DNA from: Octopus vulgaris
Taxonomy: Eukaryota
Direction of reading: 5' to 3'
Assembly: GCA_951406725.2 (NCBI GenBank)
Contig: OX597819.1
Coordinates: forward strand, 49,104,001-49,168,000
DNA length: 64,000 nucleotides
The notes beneath the pieces were generated by a model. That model was not told the DNA's origin. It did not search any database and was given only the letters and a program-made list of their open reading frames with translations. Both the position numbers and the translations under genes were made by a program. The stretch's first letter is position 1. Every line of letters starts with the position of its first letter. Shown here piece by piece: positions 1-12,420 of this stretch.

Positions 1-274
1 TCAACAAGTCTTGTATTTCTCCTTCCATACAAAGTGCTTTGAAACTTTTTAATTCCTTTGCTTTAGTAAATATGTTCGAGAGATTAAAGAATGGCTTTGA
101 GGATACTTCCTTAAATAATTTGTATAAGGTAATACAGTCTCACGAGATTTGGTTAGGGATAGAAGTTAAGAAGTTAAAGTGTCATGCTTGACAAATTGGT
201 AATGTGAAAACAGCAACCCTAACTCTAATCAAAAGTTTATCTTAAATGAGAAAAGAATAGGCCTACAACCTATA

Positions 275-1146
275 TGTGGTCTGATCAATATGTATCTGAA
301 CTGTTGCCATAGTAACGAAGCTAAAGCATGCAGAGTGAAGCCACTTGGCAAAGATTGACTTTGAACTCTGCTGTGCATGTGTGCGAAGTTTTAATGTTCT
401 AGCTCATATCCACTGTTTACAGCAGTGCTTGGAAGGAAGGTGTGTAACGTGTGATCATTGCATTGACCATGACAGAGAAAGTTGAGCAGAGAATCTGCAT
501 CAAATTTTGCCAAAAGCTTGGTGATTCCTGCTCAGAGTCCTACACAAAGTTTTCAAAAAGTTTTCTTCATTCTCAACACAATCAAGGAGATCTTGTGCAA
601 CTGAAACCCAAGTGTCTTTTTCGGCAGCTGAAAGCAGTTTTGGCACAAACTTGGCAAACATTCAACTCATACCCAAATCTTCAGTGATAATGGAGTGAAC
701 TGAACTGTAACTAATCAGCACATCCTCTGATAACTTATGGATGGTAATTTGACAATTTTCCCTCAGAGCTGCATGCACATCTGTGATGTTTTTCTCAGTT
801 CTGCTGGTTGTGGGTCTCCCAGAACGTTTGATACAATCAAAATTTTTTTGGCCATCACACTCTTGTGTGCAGCTCATACACTCCTTTCCATACACTTTCT
901 GCAACTTTGCACAAGCCTCTGAGCAGGTATCGTCACAACAACTTTCTCTGTCATGGTCAATGTGACGATCATGTTACACACCTTCCTTCCAAGTACTGCT
1001 GTAAACAGTGGAAATGAGCTAGAATGTTAAAACTTAATGTGCATACACAACAGAGTTCAAGGTCAATCTTTACTAAGCAGCTTCACTTTGCATGCTTTAA
1101 CTTCGTTACTATGGCAACAATCCAGATACTTATTGATCAGACCTTG
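275..1146. mobile_element. Non-autonomous fold-back mariner (Tc1/mariner) derivative made of two inverted transposon 5' ends
   Basis: The left arm ~275-550 (tgtggtctgatcaatatgtatctg...) is the reverse complement of the right arm ~900-1146 (...cagatacttattgatcagaccttg). TA precedes the left end. Both arms contain the transposase start (MTEKV...). Confidence 0.85.
560..954 (-). pseudogene. Decayed mariner transposase N-terminal DNA-binding region
   Basis: Translations EQRICIKFCQKLG (+ arm) and LQKVYGKECMS...RSGRPTTSRTEKNI...RENCQITIHKLSEDVLISYSSVHSIITEDLGM (- arm) match the mariner HTH pattern. Stops and deletions are present and there is no DDD catalytic domain. Confidence 0.85.
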
Positions 1147-1334
1147 TCAAAGATCTTTCTTAACACAGAATAGAGTAAAAGAAGTAACAATTAAATAGTA
1201 CCCATTTAAAATAGTAGAATGGTATAAACAGTAGTATACAGGACCATATATACTTTTTAGTATTTAGTTCCAGTCTTCTATATACTGAGTTCAAATCTTA
1301 TTGCAATTGATTTATCTTTCTGGATGATGTATTT

Positions 1335-1805
1335 ACATGCCACTGGAACAGGAGCCAGTCAGGGGGTACTGGCCAAAACCAAAATCGTAGCTGTGACCAG
1401 TGCCCCCTGAGTGGCTCCCATTCCAGTGGCATATAAAATGCATCATCTGAACGTGGTCAATGCCAGTTCCCACTGACTGGCTTCCATTCCAGTGGCATGT
1501 GAAATGTATCATCTGAACGTGGTCAATGTCAGTGCCCCCTGACTGGCTCCCATGCCAGTGGCACATAAAAATCACCATCCAAATGTGGCCAATGCCAGGT
1601 CTGCCTGATTGGCTCTTGTACCTGTGGCACATAAAAAGCACTAACTACACTCTCAGAGTGGTTGGCATTAGAAAGGGCATCAAGCTGTAGAAACATTGCC
1701 AGATCAGATCGGAGCCTGGTGCAGCCACTGGCTCTCCAGACCTCAGTCAAACTGTCCAACTCATGCCAGCATGGAAGACAGACGTCAGATGATGATGATG
1801 ATGAT
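1335..1805 (+). mobile_element. Family E retroposon: internal ~67-bp tandem units plus RTE-like 3' tail ending (GAT)n
   Basis: Repeated gtggcacataaaaa..cacc units, then gagtggttggcattagaaagggcatc...ccaactcatgccagcatggaa...(gat)n, shared with other copies in the window. Confidence 0.75.
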
Positions 1806-2379
1806 ATCTAGGCATAGGTGGATGACAAAATAAGTACAAGTATGGAATAAGGTCAATTCAGTCAAATATAGTACCTCTATAAATCTGTGAACTGATTATA
1901 TAAATACAGGATATACAGTGGTTGCTGAATGGAAGCAGTCACTCAGCAAAGTTTGAGTGACAAGTACCCTTGGATGTTGCACCTTCTCATACATCTCATA
2001 CATGTGGGAAAGGATTATTTGCTCAAATAGACTTTATAAGCTACCTACGAACTCACCAGACCTGATCAGACCAGACCAAACCAGTTCAGACGAGAACAGA
2101 CCAGACATACAAAACAATTCTGAAATTTGGTCATCTTTAACAATGAAGGACAAACAATATAATATAATATAATATAATATTAGTATGGGGTGAACAAAAC
2201 TAGTACATCAAATGAAATACCTTGTGCTTTTTAGTCTAACAGAATGATTTTCCTTTTATGCTACTGAGATATGTGGAGCATATCTACAATGTGGAGCATT
2301 GCTGTACTCAAGAAGACCCACCAACTACAATAGAATTGATATCTATTCTTAAACCAAGTTACCATGTAAAAAACATTGC

Positions 2380-2607
2380 TGTGAGTGCTGGTGCAACTTA
2401 AAAAACACTGGTGTTGGTGCCATGTAAAAAGTATGGATAATAGCGCAACAGAAAAAGCACCCAGTACACTCTATAAAGTGACTGGTGTTATGAAGGGCAT
2501 CCAGCTGTAGAAACCAAGCCAGAACAGACTAGTGCAGCCAATTCCTGTCAAGCTGTCCAACCCATGCCAGCATGGAAAATGGACATTAAATGTTGATGAT
2601 GATGATA
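2380..2607 (+). mobile_element. Family E retroposon, partial
   Basis: ggtgccatgtaaaaag units, then gaagggcatccagctgtagaaacc...ccaacccatgccagcatggaaaatggacattaaa(tga)n. Confidence 0.7.
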
Positions 2608-2859
2608 TTAAAGACAATTTGCCTTTTTTTTCATGAGATCAATACAATAAGTACCAGATAAAGTTTTGAAATCAATGTAAGTGACCAAAACCCTTGTGGA
2701 CAGTACACTAACTTGACTACAACCCATTGGCTGAAACCAGTAATAGAATAAGACCAATGTCTCTATATATTTTTATGGCATTATAACAAACATAAAATTC
2801 ATCATTACTATCGTTCAATTATTATATATTTACTGGAAGTAACTTGGTGACTCTGCCAG

Positions 2860-3190
2860 AGCTGTTGCCACTTAAAAAGCATCCATTCCACACTGTAAAG
2901 TGGTTGGTGTTTGGAAGGGTATCTAGCTGGTAAAAAAAAACTGACCTCGCCTGTGCTGGTGCCATGTAAAAAGCACTAAGTCCATTCTGTGGAGTGGTTG
3001 GTGTTAGGAAGGGCATCAAGCCTTAAAAATCCTGCCAAAACAGACAGTGAAGCATGGTGCAGTCTTCTGCTAAGCCAGCGCTGTCAAGCTGTCCAACCCA
3101 TGCCAGCTTGGAAAGTGGACATTAAATGATGATGATGATGATGATGATGATGATGGTGGTGGTGATGGTGATGATAATGACGATGATGAT
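2860..3190 (+). mobile_element. Family E retroposon with (GAT)n tail
   Basis: Same diagnostic 3' module and (GAT)n tail. Confidence 0.7.
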
Positions 3191-3236
3191 TAAATGAAAT
3201 TATTTTTTCCCAATTTCTGCATTAGAAACATTATAC

Positions 3237-3469
3237 GTATTTCTTTACTACCCACAAGAGGCTAAACACAGAGGGGACAAACAAGGATAGACAAACGGAT
3301 TAAGTCGATTACATTGACCCCAGTGCATAACTGGTACTTATTTAATCAACCCTAAAAGGATGAAAGGCAAAGTTGACCTCGGTGGAATTTGAACTCAGAA
3401 CGTAATGGCAGACGAAATACTGCTAAGCATTTCATCTGGCGTGCTAACATTTCTGCCAGCTCGCCGCCT
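3237..3469 (-). mobile_element. Family B tRNA-derived SINE, full length, with 15-bp TSD
   Basis: Head aaggcggcgagctggcagaaa... and B-box-like gagttcaaattcc. TSD ttagaaacattatac at 3222-3236 and 3470-3484. Confidence 0.9.
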
Positions 3470-3929
3470 TTAGAAACATTATACCAGAGTAAAGAAATGT
3501 TCATAAATAAAGTTAAATCTTCTTCTCTGTTATGTGATTAACAATCTTAATTAAATTTTAATCTTACAATTAAACACAACAGATGACATCTGGATTAATT
3601 TGTAGCTCAGTCGACTAATACTAACAGCTGAAAGGATTGACTACAGAATAACTCAAAGCAGTGCTCCAGCATGGCCTTGGTTGTGTGAAATAAAGAACTA
3701 GAGCTGAGCTTAGTTTAATAAATGAATATTCTTGAGAAAATGACATATTGAGGATTAAATTCTGATAAAGAAAATAGTCATTCTCAAAACCGTGGAAGAG
3801 AACCCTACAAGCAATTGAAAATGACTATTTTTAAACCAGAACACATTCCTCAGGTTACCTAGGTGACCTAATTAGCAGAGAAGGTGGATGTGCTGAAAGC
3901 ATAATAGCCAGTTTAAGGACAGGGTTGAA

Positions 3930-4465
3930 AATTTCAGGGAGCTACTAAACAAAGGATTTCCCTTTCCAAATGAAAGGCAGATAGTTTGATGCTTGTGTAC
4001 AAAGTGCAATACTGGAAGGTAGTGAACGATGGGCATTAAATGTAGAGTGTATATAAAGGCTGGAAAGAAATTTGGTGAGCACGTTCTGCTGGGTGTGTAA
4101 TGTTAGTGTAAATGAATAATGGAGCAAAGGTAAGTTAAGAGAAACATTGATTATGGGAAGAATTAGATGTAGTGGATAAGATAGAAAACTGGGTTGGTAC
4201 AGCCATACAATGTAATGTGTATGGTGCATGACAGTTGGATAAAGAACTGCCAAGTGATCAGACTGAAAGGAATGGGCTGAAGAAGGAGACTGATAAAGAC
4301 ATGAAAAGAAATGGAGTGATATGATCCCAGAATGTTGAACTTCATGAAGTAGATGACAAGAAGTGGCAGCAAACAAGCAGTGAGATGGTATATTGGAGAA
4401 GACCCACCCAGCCCATACGAGCATAAATAAAAGCAAAACAAGTACAGCTAAATCATGATGAAACG
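3930..4465 (+). pseudogene. Decayed RTE-clade LINE 3' fragment (C-terminus of ORF plus 3' UTR)
   Basis: Translates, with stops and frameshifts, to FDACVQSAILEGSERWAL...RLERNLVSTFCWVCNVSV, matching the RTE 'V.S.LLYGSETW' region. Ends in an E-like tail (cagcccatacgagcat...taaatcatgatga). Confidence 0.7.
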
Positions 4466-5594
4466 TCATTTAACATTGATTACTGCAAAACAGATAATAT
4501 GCATTATATATGGTTTCATTCATGAGGCTGTCACATAATAAAGTAGAAAATTCCAATTATGGGCTACTTAATTAAGACAGCTCTTCTAATAAATAACAGA
4601 AATGGAATGGAAGTAAATGCTGGCTCTTAAAATGTGATCAGATATTAATTATCTAATTAGTATAGAAAACTTATAACATCATTCTCATTTTCTGATTAGA
4701 AATTGCTGTATTCATTTCTAAAGGATTTTTCCTTATTATTTTATATAGAATAAGGGAGAATCAGGGTTGTTCTTTATGCATTTTCAATAAAAACAATTGT
4801 GTAGAATATTTTTGTAAATGTCGGGATAGCAACACAGAAAGAATATTTAATTAAATAAATCTATGTTTGCTGCAATATTTTGGAGCAGCTTGACACTCAA
4901 CATCTTCCAAAAACTGGTTCTTCAAATAAGAACATGCTTTGATGACAGAAAGTAGAATTAAAAATATAGCTTAAAATATTGATTATATAATGATATTTTT
5001 ATAAGAAATCACTTCTTTTCTCCTTCAACCAGTCCTATCAGATATATTTTAAAAATATTCTTTCATTCAGTTTTCTTAGAGTTGAAAGAATCAGTGCCTT
5101 AACAGAAGAAATTTATTTTAAAATGTCAAATTGATTGGTTAGATTGTGCAAATGAATCCAGGAAACTATTCACTTCTGATATATTGCCAGTAATTCCAAT
5201 TTATTTTCGATTCACTTAGTTTGTATTTTATTTTGATATCAGAACTTTACTGGATAAGAATTATTTCTAATTTTTAGTAAATTTGCTGAATATAAAAAGA
5301 ACATAAAAAACAATCACTGAAGACATTTGCTATTACATTCATCACCAAGATCTTCTCTCTCAACTATATCATTGAAATCAAAAATATTGCTATCAGCATT
5401 ATCTTTTCCCTCTTTTTATGTCATCAAAATTGAAATTGGAATTGGTGTCATCGTTATTTCTCTCTATCTTTATGGTTATTTTTGTTGTTCATTATTTCAT
5501 CAAGATGTAATGATACTGTCCTCATAATTATTACTTTTCATTATTTTACAGCTGTACATGCCAAAAAAAAAAAAGTGAAATACCAAGCAAATAG

Positions 5595-5648
<54 letters not shown>

Positions 5649-6205
5649 TCTCAAACATATTTTCAGTTCTATTTTGAGAAACCTTGAACGTGGTTGATTT
5701 CTTGCTCTTGTACACAAGTGTAGCAGTATCTAATGAAATGAAGTTCAAGATAAAAAGGGGTAGAGATGTGTCACATTTATTCATGAAAGGGATTCACTCG
5801 TTACATTTGTTTTGTTTTTTTTAGATGCATTAGGAAAGGTAGCTAGCTGTAGAAACCATGCCAAAGCAGACACTGAAGCCCAACACAGTCTTCCAATTCA
5901 TTGAATCCTATTGAAAGCATCTAACTCATGCCAGCATAGAAGATGAACATTATAAAATGGATGAGGGAGAGGAGTTATTCTGGTAATAATTCAAATTTTC
6001 ATACTTCTAGGTCAGTGGAAAATGTAACACCTCAGTATTGGGATCAATCTAAACAGTTGTATTCCTCTACCAAAATCTAAGGCCTTTACACCAATTTCAG
6101 AAAACTAACTTGAATTTTCAATCTATCTTCTGCTTATTTTAGGATTTACCCTGTATTTTAATTGGTCTCTGATCAACCTCAAGTACATTATTCCTATAAA
6201 CATGT

Positions 6206-6406
6206 AAGGTGGTGAGCTGGCAGAATTGTTAGCACGCTGGGTAAAATGCTTAGTGGTATTTCGTTCTGAGTTCAAATTCTGTTGAGGTCAATTTTACCTT
6301 TCGCCCTTTTGGAGTCAGTAAAATAAGTACCAATCAAGCAACAGGGTTGTTGTAATTAACTTATCTCTTTCCCCAAAATTGCTGGCCTTGCACTAAATTT
6401 TAAAAC
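6206..6406 (+). mobile_element. Family B SINE
   Basis: aaggtggtgagctggcagaattgttagcacg...gagttcaaattc...gctggccttgcactaaattttaaaacc. Confidence 0.8.
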
Positions 6407-6436
6407 CCTTATTCCTGTACATTTGACAAATAATAA

Positions 6437-6635
6437 TTGTTTCAAATTTCAGTACAAGGCCAGCAGCTTTATGGGGAGGGGTTTTATTGGTTACCTAAAC
6501 CCCAGTATTTGATTGGTACTGACCCCAAAAGATGCAAGGCCAGATGGACCTCAATAGGATTTGAACTCAGTATAAAAGACCTAGAAGAAATACCGCAAAC
6601 CACTTGTCCCTGATGTTCTATCAATTCTACCAGTC
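6437..6635 (-). mobile_element. Family B SINE, diverged
   Basis: tttcaaatttcagtacaaggccagcag...ggatttgaactcag. Confidence 0.7.
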
Positions 6636-8253
6636 TGCAGCAGCAGTAGCAACAATAATAGTAATAATAATAATAATAATAATAATTCATTTAATTTATA
6701 TATTATATCATTAAATTGATTTTGTGTGAGTTCAGTTGGACATTAGTAGAGTCTATGTAAAAAAACAGAAATGGTGGTTTTAGTTTTTGCTAATTCACCA
6801 AGATTTGTTATTAAATAACTACTACTAATAATAATAATGATACTTGTCTACAGTAATAAATATAATCAAATCAAAAACCAAATTGAAATCATATGAAAAA
6901 ATATTTAATTAATGCAATCATGAAAATGGAAATGATGATTATCTAATGACAACGATAACGGTTTTTATATTGATTAAAACAAAGTAAGACTTCGGGCAGA
7001 GAATTTGTAACTATGGAATATGAAAATCTATATGACAAAATGAAATCTGAAGCAATAGATAAATCACATTTTCAATTTTAAATGTTTTTATGACAACGGA
7101 TAAAGATTTTGTATCATAAAAATTATATTTATAATATTTTCAATTTGTTCAATAAAATTTTATAGAAATGTTATATTTCTTCTTGCAGGGTTTTTAAAGT
7201 TGAAAAAAAAAATTTTTTTCTAGTTATAAATAAATTTTACTGAATTGAAATAGTAAGGTGAGTGGACAGGTGGAGGGAAAGATGGTAAGTAAAAGATATA
7301 TAAAATTTGTGGTTTTGAAGACTAAAATAAAAAAATTTCTATGACATTTGTTATAATAAAGCATTTTAGTATTGGTAAATATTGCTCACAATATTTTATG
7401 ATTATACTTTCTTCCTATCATATTATGGATGATTTTTAGTTTCCACAAAATGGAGAAACAAAGAAATGGGGAATTTGTTCAAAAGTATACAATTCAGAAT
7501 TACCAATTCTAGATTAACAAAACCCAATATAGACGTAGGATAAAAGTTTAATATGTTTGCTGGCATTTAACTCTATGTCTTTTATGCAGGAATCTTTTTT
7601 AATGCCATAATTTTAAATAGTTTAGTCATTGAATAATTTCCATACAAAATCTATAATCTTTCAGTTGTTCTAAGACCTGTTAAGCTCATATTATACAATA
7701 CTTTGCTGAGAAGATCTAGTAAGAGTGAAACATGTCTGAAGTTGTTGTTTTAATAACCAAACACCAGACTTTACTGCATATCATCATTTAATCAATAAAA
7801 ATTTTTAATTTCTTTTCCTTGCTTTCCATGACTAGAATTGCGCTTAACATTGATGATTTTTCTTTTCATTATGAAATGTAATTTCAATTGATCAAAAATT
7901 CTTTTTGGATCACTTCCTTAAGTATGTTAGTATGCACTTAACTATATTTTACAAATGGAAGGAATTCATCTCTAGGAAAACTGGCCACCATTATTATATG
8001 TAGATATATCTCAGTAAGCATCCTAATGACATCTTTAACTAATTGCCAAAACATGTTAAAGTTTAGAAATACAGATACATTTCATGTGTTGTATGAAACT
8101 GCATTGTTAAAAATCTGCAATATCAAAAATGGTATTTTGGGAAACGCTTCATTATTCCTTAACTGAAAGACATGCTCTGTTTTATTATAAAAACATTTAA
8201 GGATAAAAGATTGAAACCGTAAGTTTGGTCAACTAAAATTGAAATGAAACTTT

Positions 8254-8640
8254 TTTGTCTTTTACTTGTCTCAGTCATTTGACTGCTGCCATACTAGAGC
8301 ACTGCATTGCAGGGTCATTCCATTGGGTTTTTTTTTTGCTGAACCACTATCTTAGAGATGTAAACAAACCAACACAGGTTGTCAAATGGGGAGGGGGGAG
8401 AAATAAACACAAAGACACTGACACATACATACATACATACATACATACATACATACACACTCATACACATACACACATCACAGGCTTCCACACAGTTTCT
8501 ATTTACCCAATTCACTCACAAGGCATTGGCCAGCCTGGAGCTATAGTAGAAGACACTTGTTCAAGCTGTTACACAGAGGGATTGAACCTGAAACCATGTG
8601 GTTATAAAGTGAGCTTCTTAGCCACTCAACCATAACTGCA
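8254..8640 (-). mobile_element. Family A tRNA-derived SINE with internal microsatellite
   Basis: Reverse complement of the A consensus (ttttacttgtctcagtcatttgactg...ctatagtagaagacactt...accatgtggtt). Confidence 0.85.
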
Positions 8641-9299
8641 TCTAGTAATAATAATTTCTTAGATGGGCAGCAGACCAGAAACTTTTTGGTGGTGATAAGG
8701 AACAGTTAATTTTATCAACCCCAGGTGCATGACTAATATTCTATTTTCTTATTGAATCCAGAAGGATGAAAAAGCAAAGTTGACTTTGAACTCGCAATGT
8801 AAAGAAACAATTAAATACTACAAGGTATTTTGTCTACTACTCTAATGTTATGATTCTACCAATCCATGAATAATATTTTCTTACAGAGACACGAGGCAAT
8901 AAGTACTGGCAAAGGTTGTAGATTTCCATTAGAATTCGATCTACATTTAGGATGCCCTATTGGAATATAAAATGAACTCAGGATGTTAAAGTATGTAATT
9001 GGTATGTCCTTTTTTATTGAGGATTTAAAAGATTTTTTTTAAAAAAAAAAGGGAAGCTGACCTCGGCGAGATTTGAACTCAGAAAACAAAAAGCTACATA
9101 ACAAAATGTTGCAAGACATTTTATTGGTGGCTCTAATGCTCCTATCAACCAACCACCTCATTACATGGGTGACAGTTTTCAACTGGTACTTACTTTATTG
9201 ACTGCCCGATCTCTACCTAATGAAAAGGCAAACTTACAATATAAAGGGACATAACTCTATCATGCTAGTTCTTTCGACTAGCGTTCTACGGATCCATAA

Positions 9300-9904
9300 T
9301 CCTTTACTGGAGGCACAAGGCCAGAGATTTGGTGGGGAGAGGACTAGTCGATTACATCGACCCCAGTGTTCCACTGGTACTTAATTTATCGACCCCGAAA
9401 AGATGAAATGCAAATGGTTTCAAATTTTGGCACAAGGCCAGCAAGTTTGGTAAAGGAGCTAAGATAATTACCTCGACTCCATTGTACTTATTTTATCAAT
9501 CCCAAAAGGATGGAAGGCATAGTCAATCCTGGTGGAATTTGAACTCAGAACGTACAGACGGACGAAATGTCGATAAGCATTTTGTCCGGCGTGTTAGCTG
9601 TTCTACCAGTTCGCCGCCTTGGATAATAATAACAATAATGATTTCTTTTATTTACCACCAGGGCGAAGGACGAGGGAGGACAATACAAAGACAGACATAA
9701 AGTGTTGGGGTTTACATATGATGGAATGATAAAATAAAAGGTATATTCAGTATACATTAGCAGAAGGGAATTATACATAGTATATGGCACTAGAAAAAGA
9801 GGTGGGGAAAAAAGTGATCGTGATGAGATCTCCTTAATCCAGGAGGACCTCTAGGGATGATCAAGGAAGCCCACCATCTAAGATCCTCTTGAATACCAAA
9901 GACG

Positions 9905-9946
<42 letters not shown>

Positions 9947-10170
9947 GCAATAGTAAAAATAATAACGGTTTCAAATTTTGGCGAAGGGCTAGCATTTTTA
10001 AGGGGAGGTGGAAGTCGATTATATCGACCCCAGCACTTGACTAATACTTGTTTCATCGACCTTGAAAGGATGAAAGGCAAAGGCGACTTCGGTGGATTTT
10101 GAACTCAGAACGTAAAGAGCCAGACGAAATGTCGCCAAGCATGTCCTCCGGCACAGTAACGATTCTGCTC
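9300..10170 (-). mobile_element. Cluster of family B SINEs (~9300-9415, 9416-9620, 9965-10170) around a LINE-like 3' end (~9635-9900)
   Basis: Repeated gaaaggatgaaaggcaaagtcgac/ggaatttgaactcagaacg blocks. The 9635-9720 segment recurs at ~19516 and ~52230. Confidence 0.75.
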
Positions 10171-10312
10171 AAATTTGCAACGGTTAAAGTGACCCCAGAA
10201 AGACTAAAGATAAAGTCGATCTTGGTGAAGATAAAACGTTATGAATAAATCACATTAAGGCATATCATCCGAATTTGCCATTACACTATAATAGGTAACT
10301 AACTAAAGTATA

Positions 10313-10770
10313 ACACAGTTCTATATTTAAGAGATGAGGAATTATCTACATTATTTACACTTGACGCATATTTGTCCTCATCTTGTTTCTTGTTAACACA
10401 ACGTTTCGGCTGATATACCCTTCAAGCTTTCATCAGGTGTCTTGAGGAAATTTCGAACCTGGGTTCTCATTCCTAAGGTATTTTTCGATGTTATTATTAT
10501 TCAGGTAACTACGCCACATGCCGGTGGACATATGGTGTAAAGGTTAAGAGCGCGGGCTACTATCCCCAAGATTCCGAGTTCGATTCCAGGCAATGACCTG
10601 AATAATAATAATAATAATAATAATAAACAACATCGAAAAATACCTTAGGAATGAGAACCCAGGTTCGAAATTTCTCCAAGACACCTGCTGAAGGCTGGAG
10701 GGTATATCAGCCGAAACGTGTTAACAACAAACAAGATGAGGACAAATATCCGTCAAGTGTAAATAATGTA
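10313..10770. mobile_element. Inverted (head-to-head) pair of family D elements (tRNA-like head plus hammerhead-bearing 3' module)
   Basis: 10348-10510 is the reverse complement of ~10595-10770. The + arm has a tRNA-like head (tatggtgtaaaggttaagagcgcgggctact...gagttcgattcc). Confidence 0.85.
10395..10441 (-). ncRNA. Minimal type I hammerhead ribozyme motif (family D)
   Basis: Minus strand reads gacac-CTGATGA-a-agcttgaagggtatatcagcc-GAAA-cgtt-gtgtt. The core is intact and stem II is slightly mutated. Confidence 0.65.
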
Positions 10771-11709
10771 ACTAATGCATATAAAAAAAGTATTAAAAAA
10801 GTTATCAGTTCATTTTCTGTTACTACCCCCCTCTCTTCTTTCTCTCTGTATACAAGTGCGAATACTCGGGTGAATAATTTTGTTACGTCTGCGGATTAAA
10901 TGATGTGTGCGTGCATGTATCTACCTCATCATATTTTGTTTCTCTGATGAACTGAGTTTATATTCCTCGAGGTTATCACCAATTATAAGAGTACAAAAGG
11001 TTCGCAAAATGGAATAAATTATTTCAAATTATCTTTCTATGGAGAAGTGAAATGTTATGAGTTGAAACCCTGAGAGAGAGAGGGGGGGAGGAGAAAGACA
11101 GGTCCTATACCTCGGGTGTTCTGCTTTCTCCTCACTATAAAATAATTCCATTTCACTTTTTACTAACAATGAGTTTTCTTAGATTTACTATGAGAGTTGT
11201 CTCCCCTAAATAAAAAAATTATCAATGGAAGATAACTTGTGACATAAATAGAAATCGTTTTCGATTTAATATCCATTTTAAATTAAAATGACGCTTTAAA
11301 AAAACAGTTCATATTGAAAGAGCTTTAGTATTTTGCATTATGTTAAATACAATCGATTAAAAGTCGTTGCTAATATTGTATACGAGAAAATAATTAATAA
11401 TTGATATTTTCTTGATAAGCTATTATATAGTAAGGGAAGTAACTTTGCTAAACTTTGTTTAATTTAACCTGTAATTTATCTCAACTTGGCACAGAAGTGA
11501 TGCTCTAAAGTTTTCCTTTTATATTTCGTCTTTTATTTATTTCTTTTGCAGTTAGGTGAAAAAGGGAAAAAGAAGAGAGAAGACAGAAATAAAAGAGAAA
11601 AAGATCATAGTATTGTTTTCTTAAATGTCCAGTTTTAACGATGAACTGGACATTTTAAACTACTTATTAATATCAGCCTTTTAAATTACTTATTAATAAA
11701 ATGGCCTAT

Positions 11710-12420
11710 AAACGGTCCCCTGATCCGCTAGAAATAACAGCCAAATTCCTTCATCTATTGTTACTGCCAAAAAAAAAAAAAAAGAATCCAATGGAAAGGA
11801 CATTTTGAACAATATATTCCTATATAGCCTTAAAAAGAGGGAATGTTAAAGTCTGGAATGTGTTCATCATAGATCTGCATAATTGGGACTGACATTGGGT
11901 TAAACAACAACAAAACAACTAAGCAAAGCAAAATATGTTAGTTAAGAAATCCCAATATGATCACTCAGTTGACTAGAAATAGCTGCCAATTCTGGTTCAG
12001 ACCTCACTTTATTACCTTAAAATGGACACACTGCATAATGTAAAATTCCTGAAAATAAGATGGAATGTCACAGTTGTATATTCCATCATATTTTGATGAT
12101 TTACTTGCTCAAGCTATTAGAGCTGATTCAGGGATTATGAACCAGAATAGCTTATGAAAAGAAGCTGAGGAAGGAACTGTGCTTGATTTTGGTAGAAACA
12201 GCAGCCAAATCTCCCTCAAATGCACTCTACTATCTTAAAAAAGATTATGATGCATCAGATAATGTGATTGTCTCAGATGCACCATATTCCATCTGTCGTC
12301 ACTCCACACTGCCCCAAAAGGATGGAATGGACATGACTGGAATGCCTGTGATTGTGGATTTGGTATGTCATGGTTGACCTGTGGTTCAACAACCACAAAA
12401 AACAAAAGCAAAAACATCTA
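11710..12420 (+). repeat. Tandem cluster of three old family F repeats
   Basis: Recurrent ctagaaatagcagccaaat...ctggaatg...gatcatagatctg...aaacaacaac. Other copies lie near 23940, 45000(-), 52000(-), 53640(-), 54630(-), 57660 and 63630. Confidence 0.6.

Noticed and set aside
10943-10975. CTGATGA followed by a small hairpin
   Set aside because: No GAAA box follows the stem, so it is not a hammerhead.
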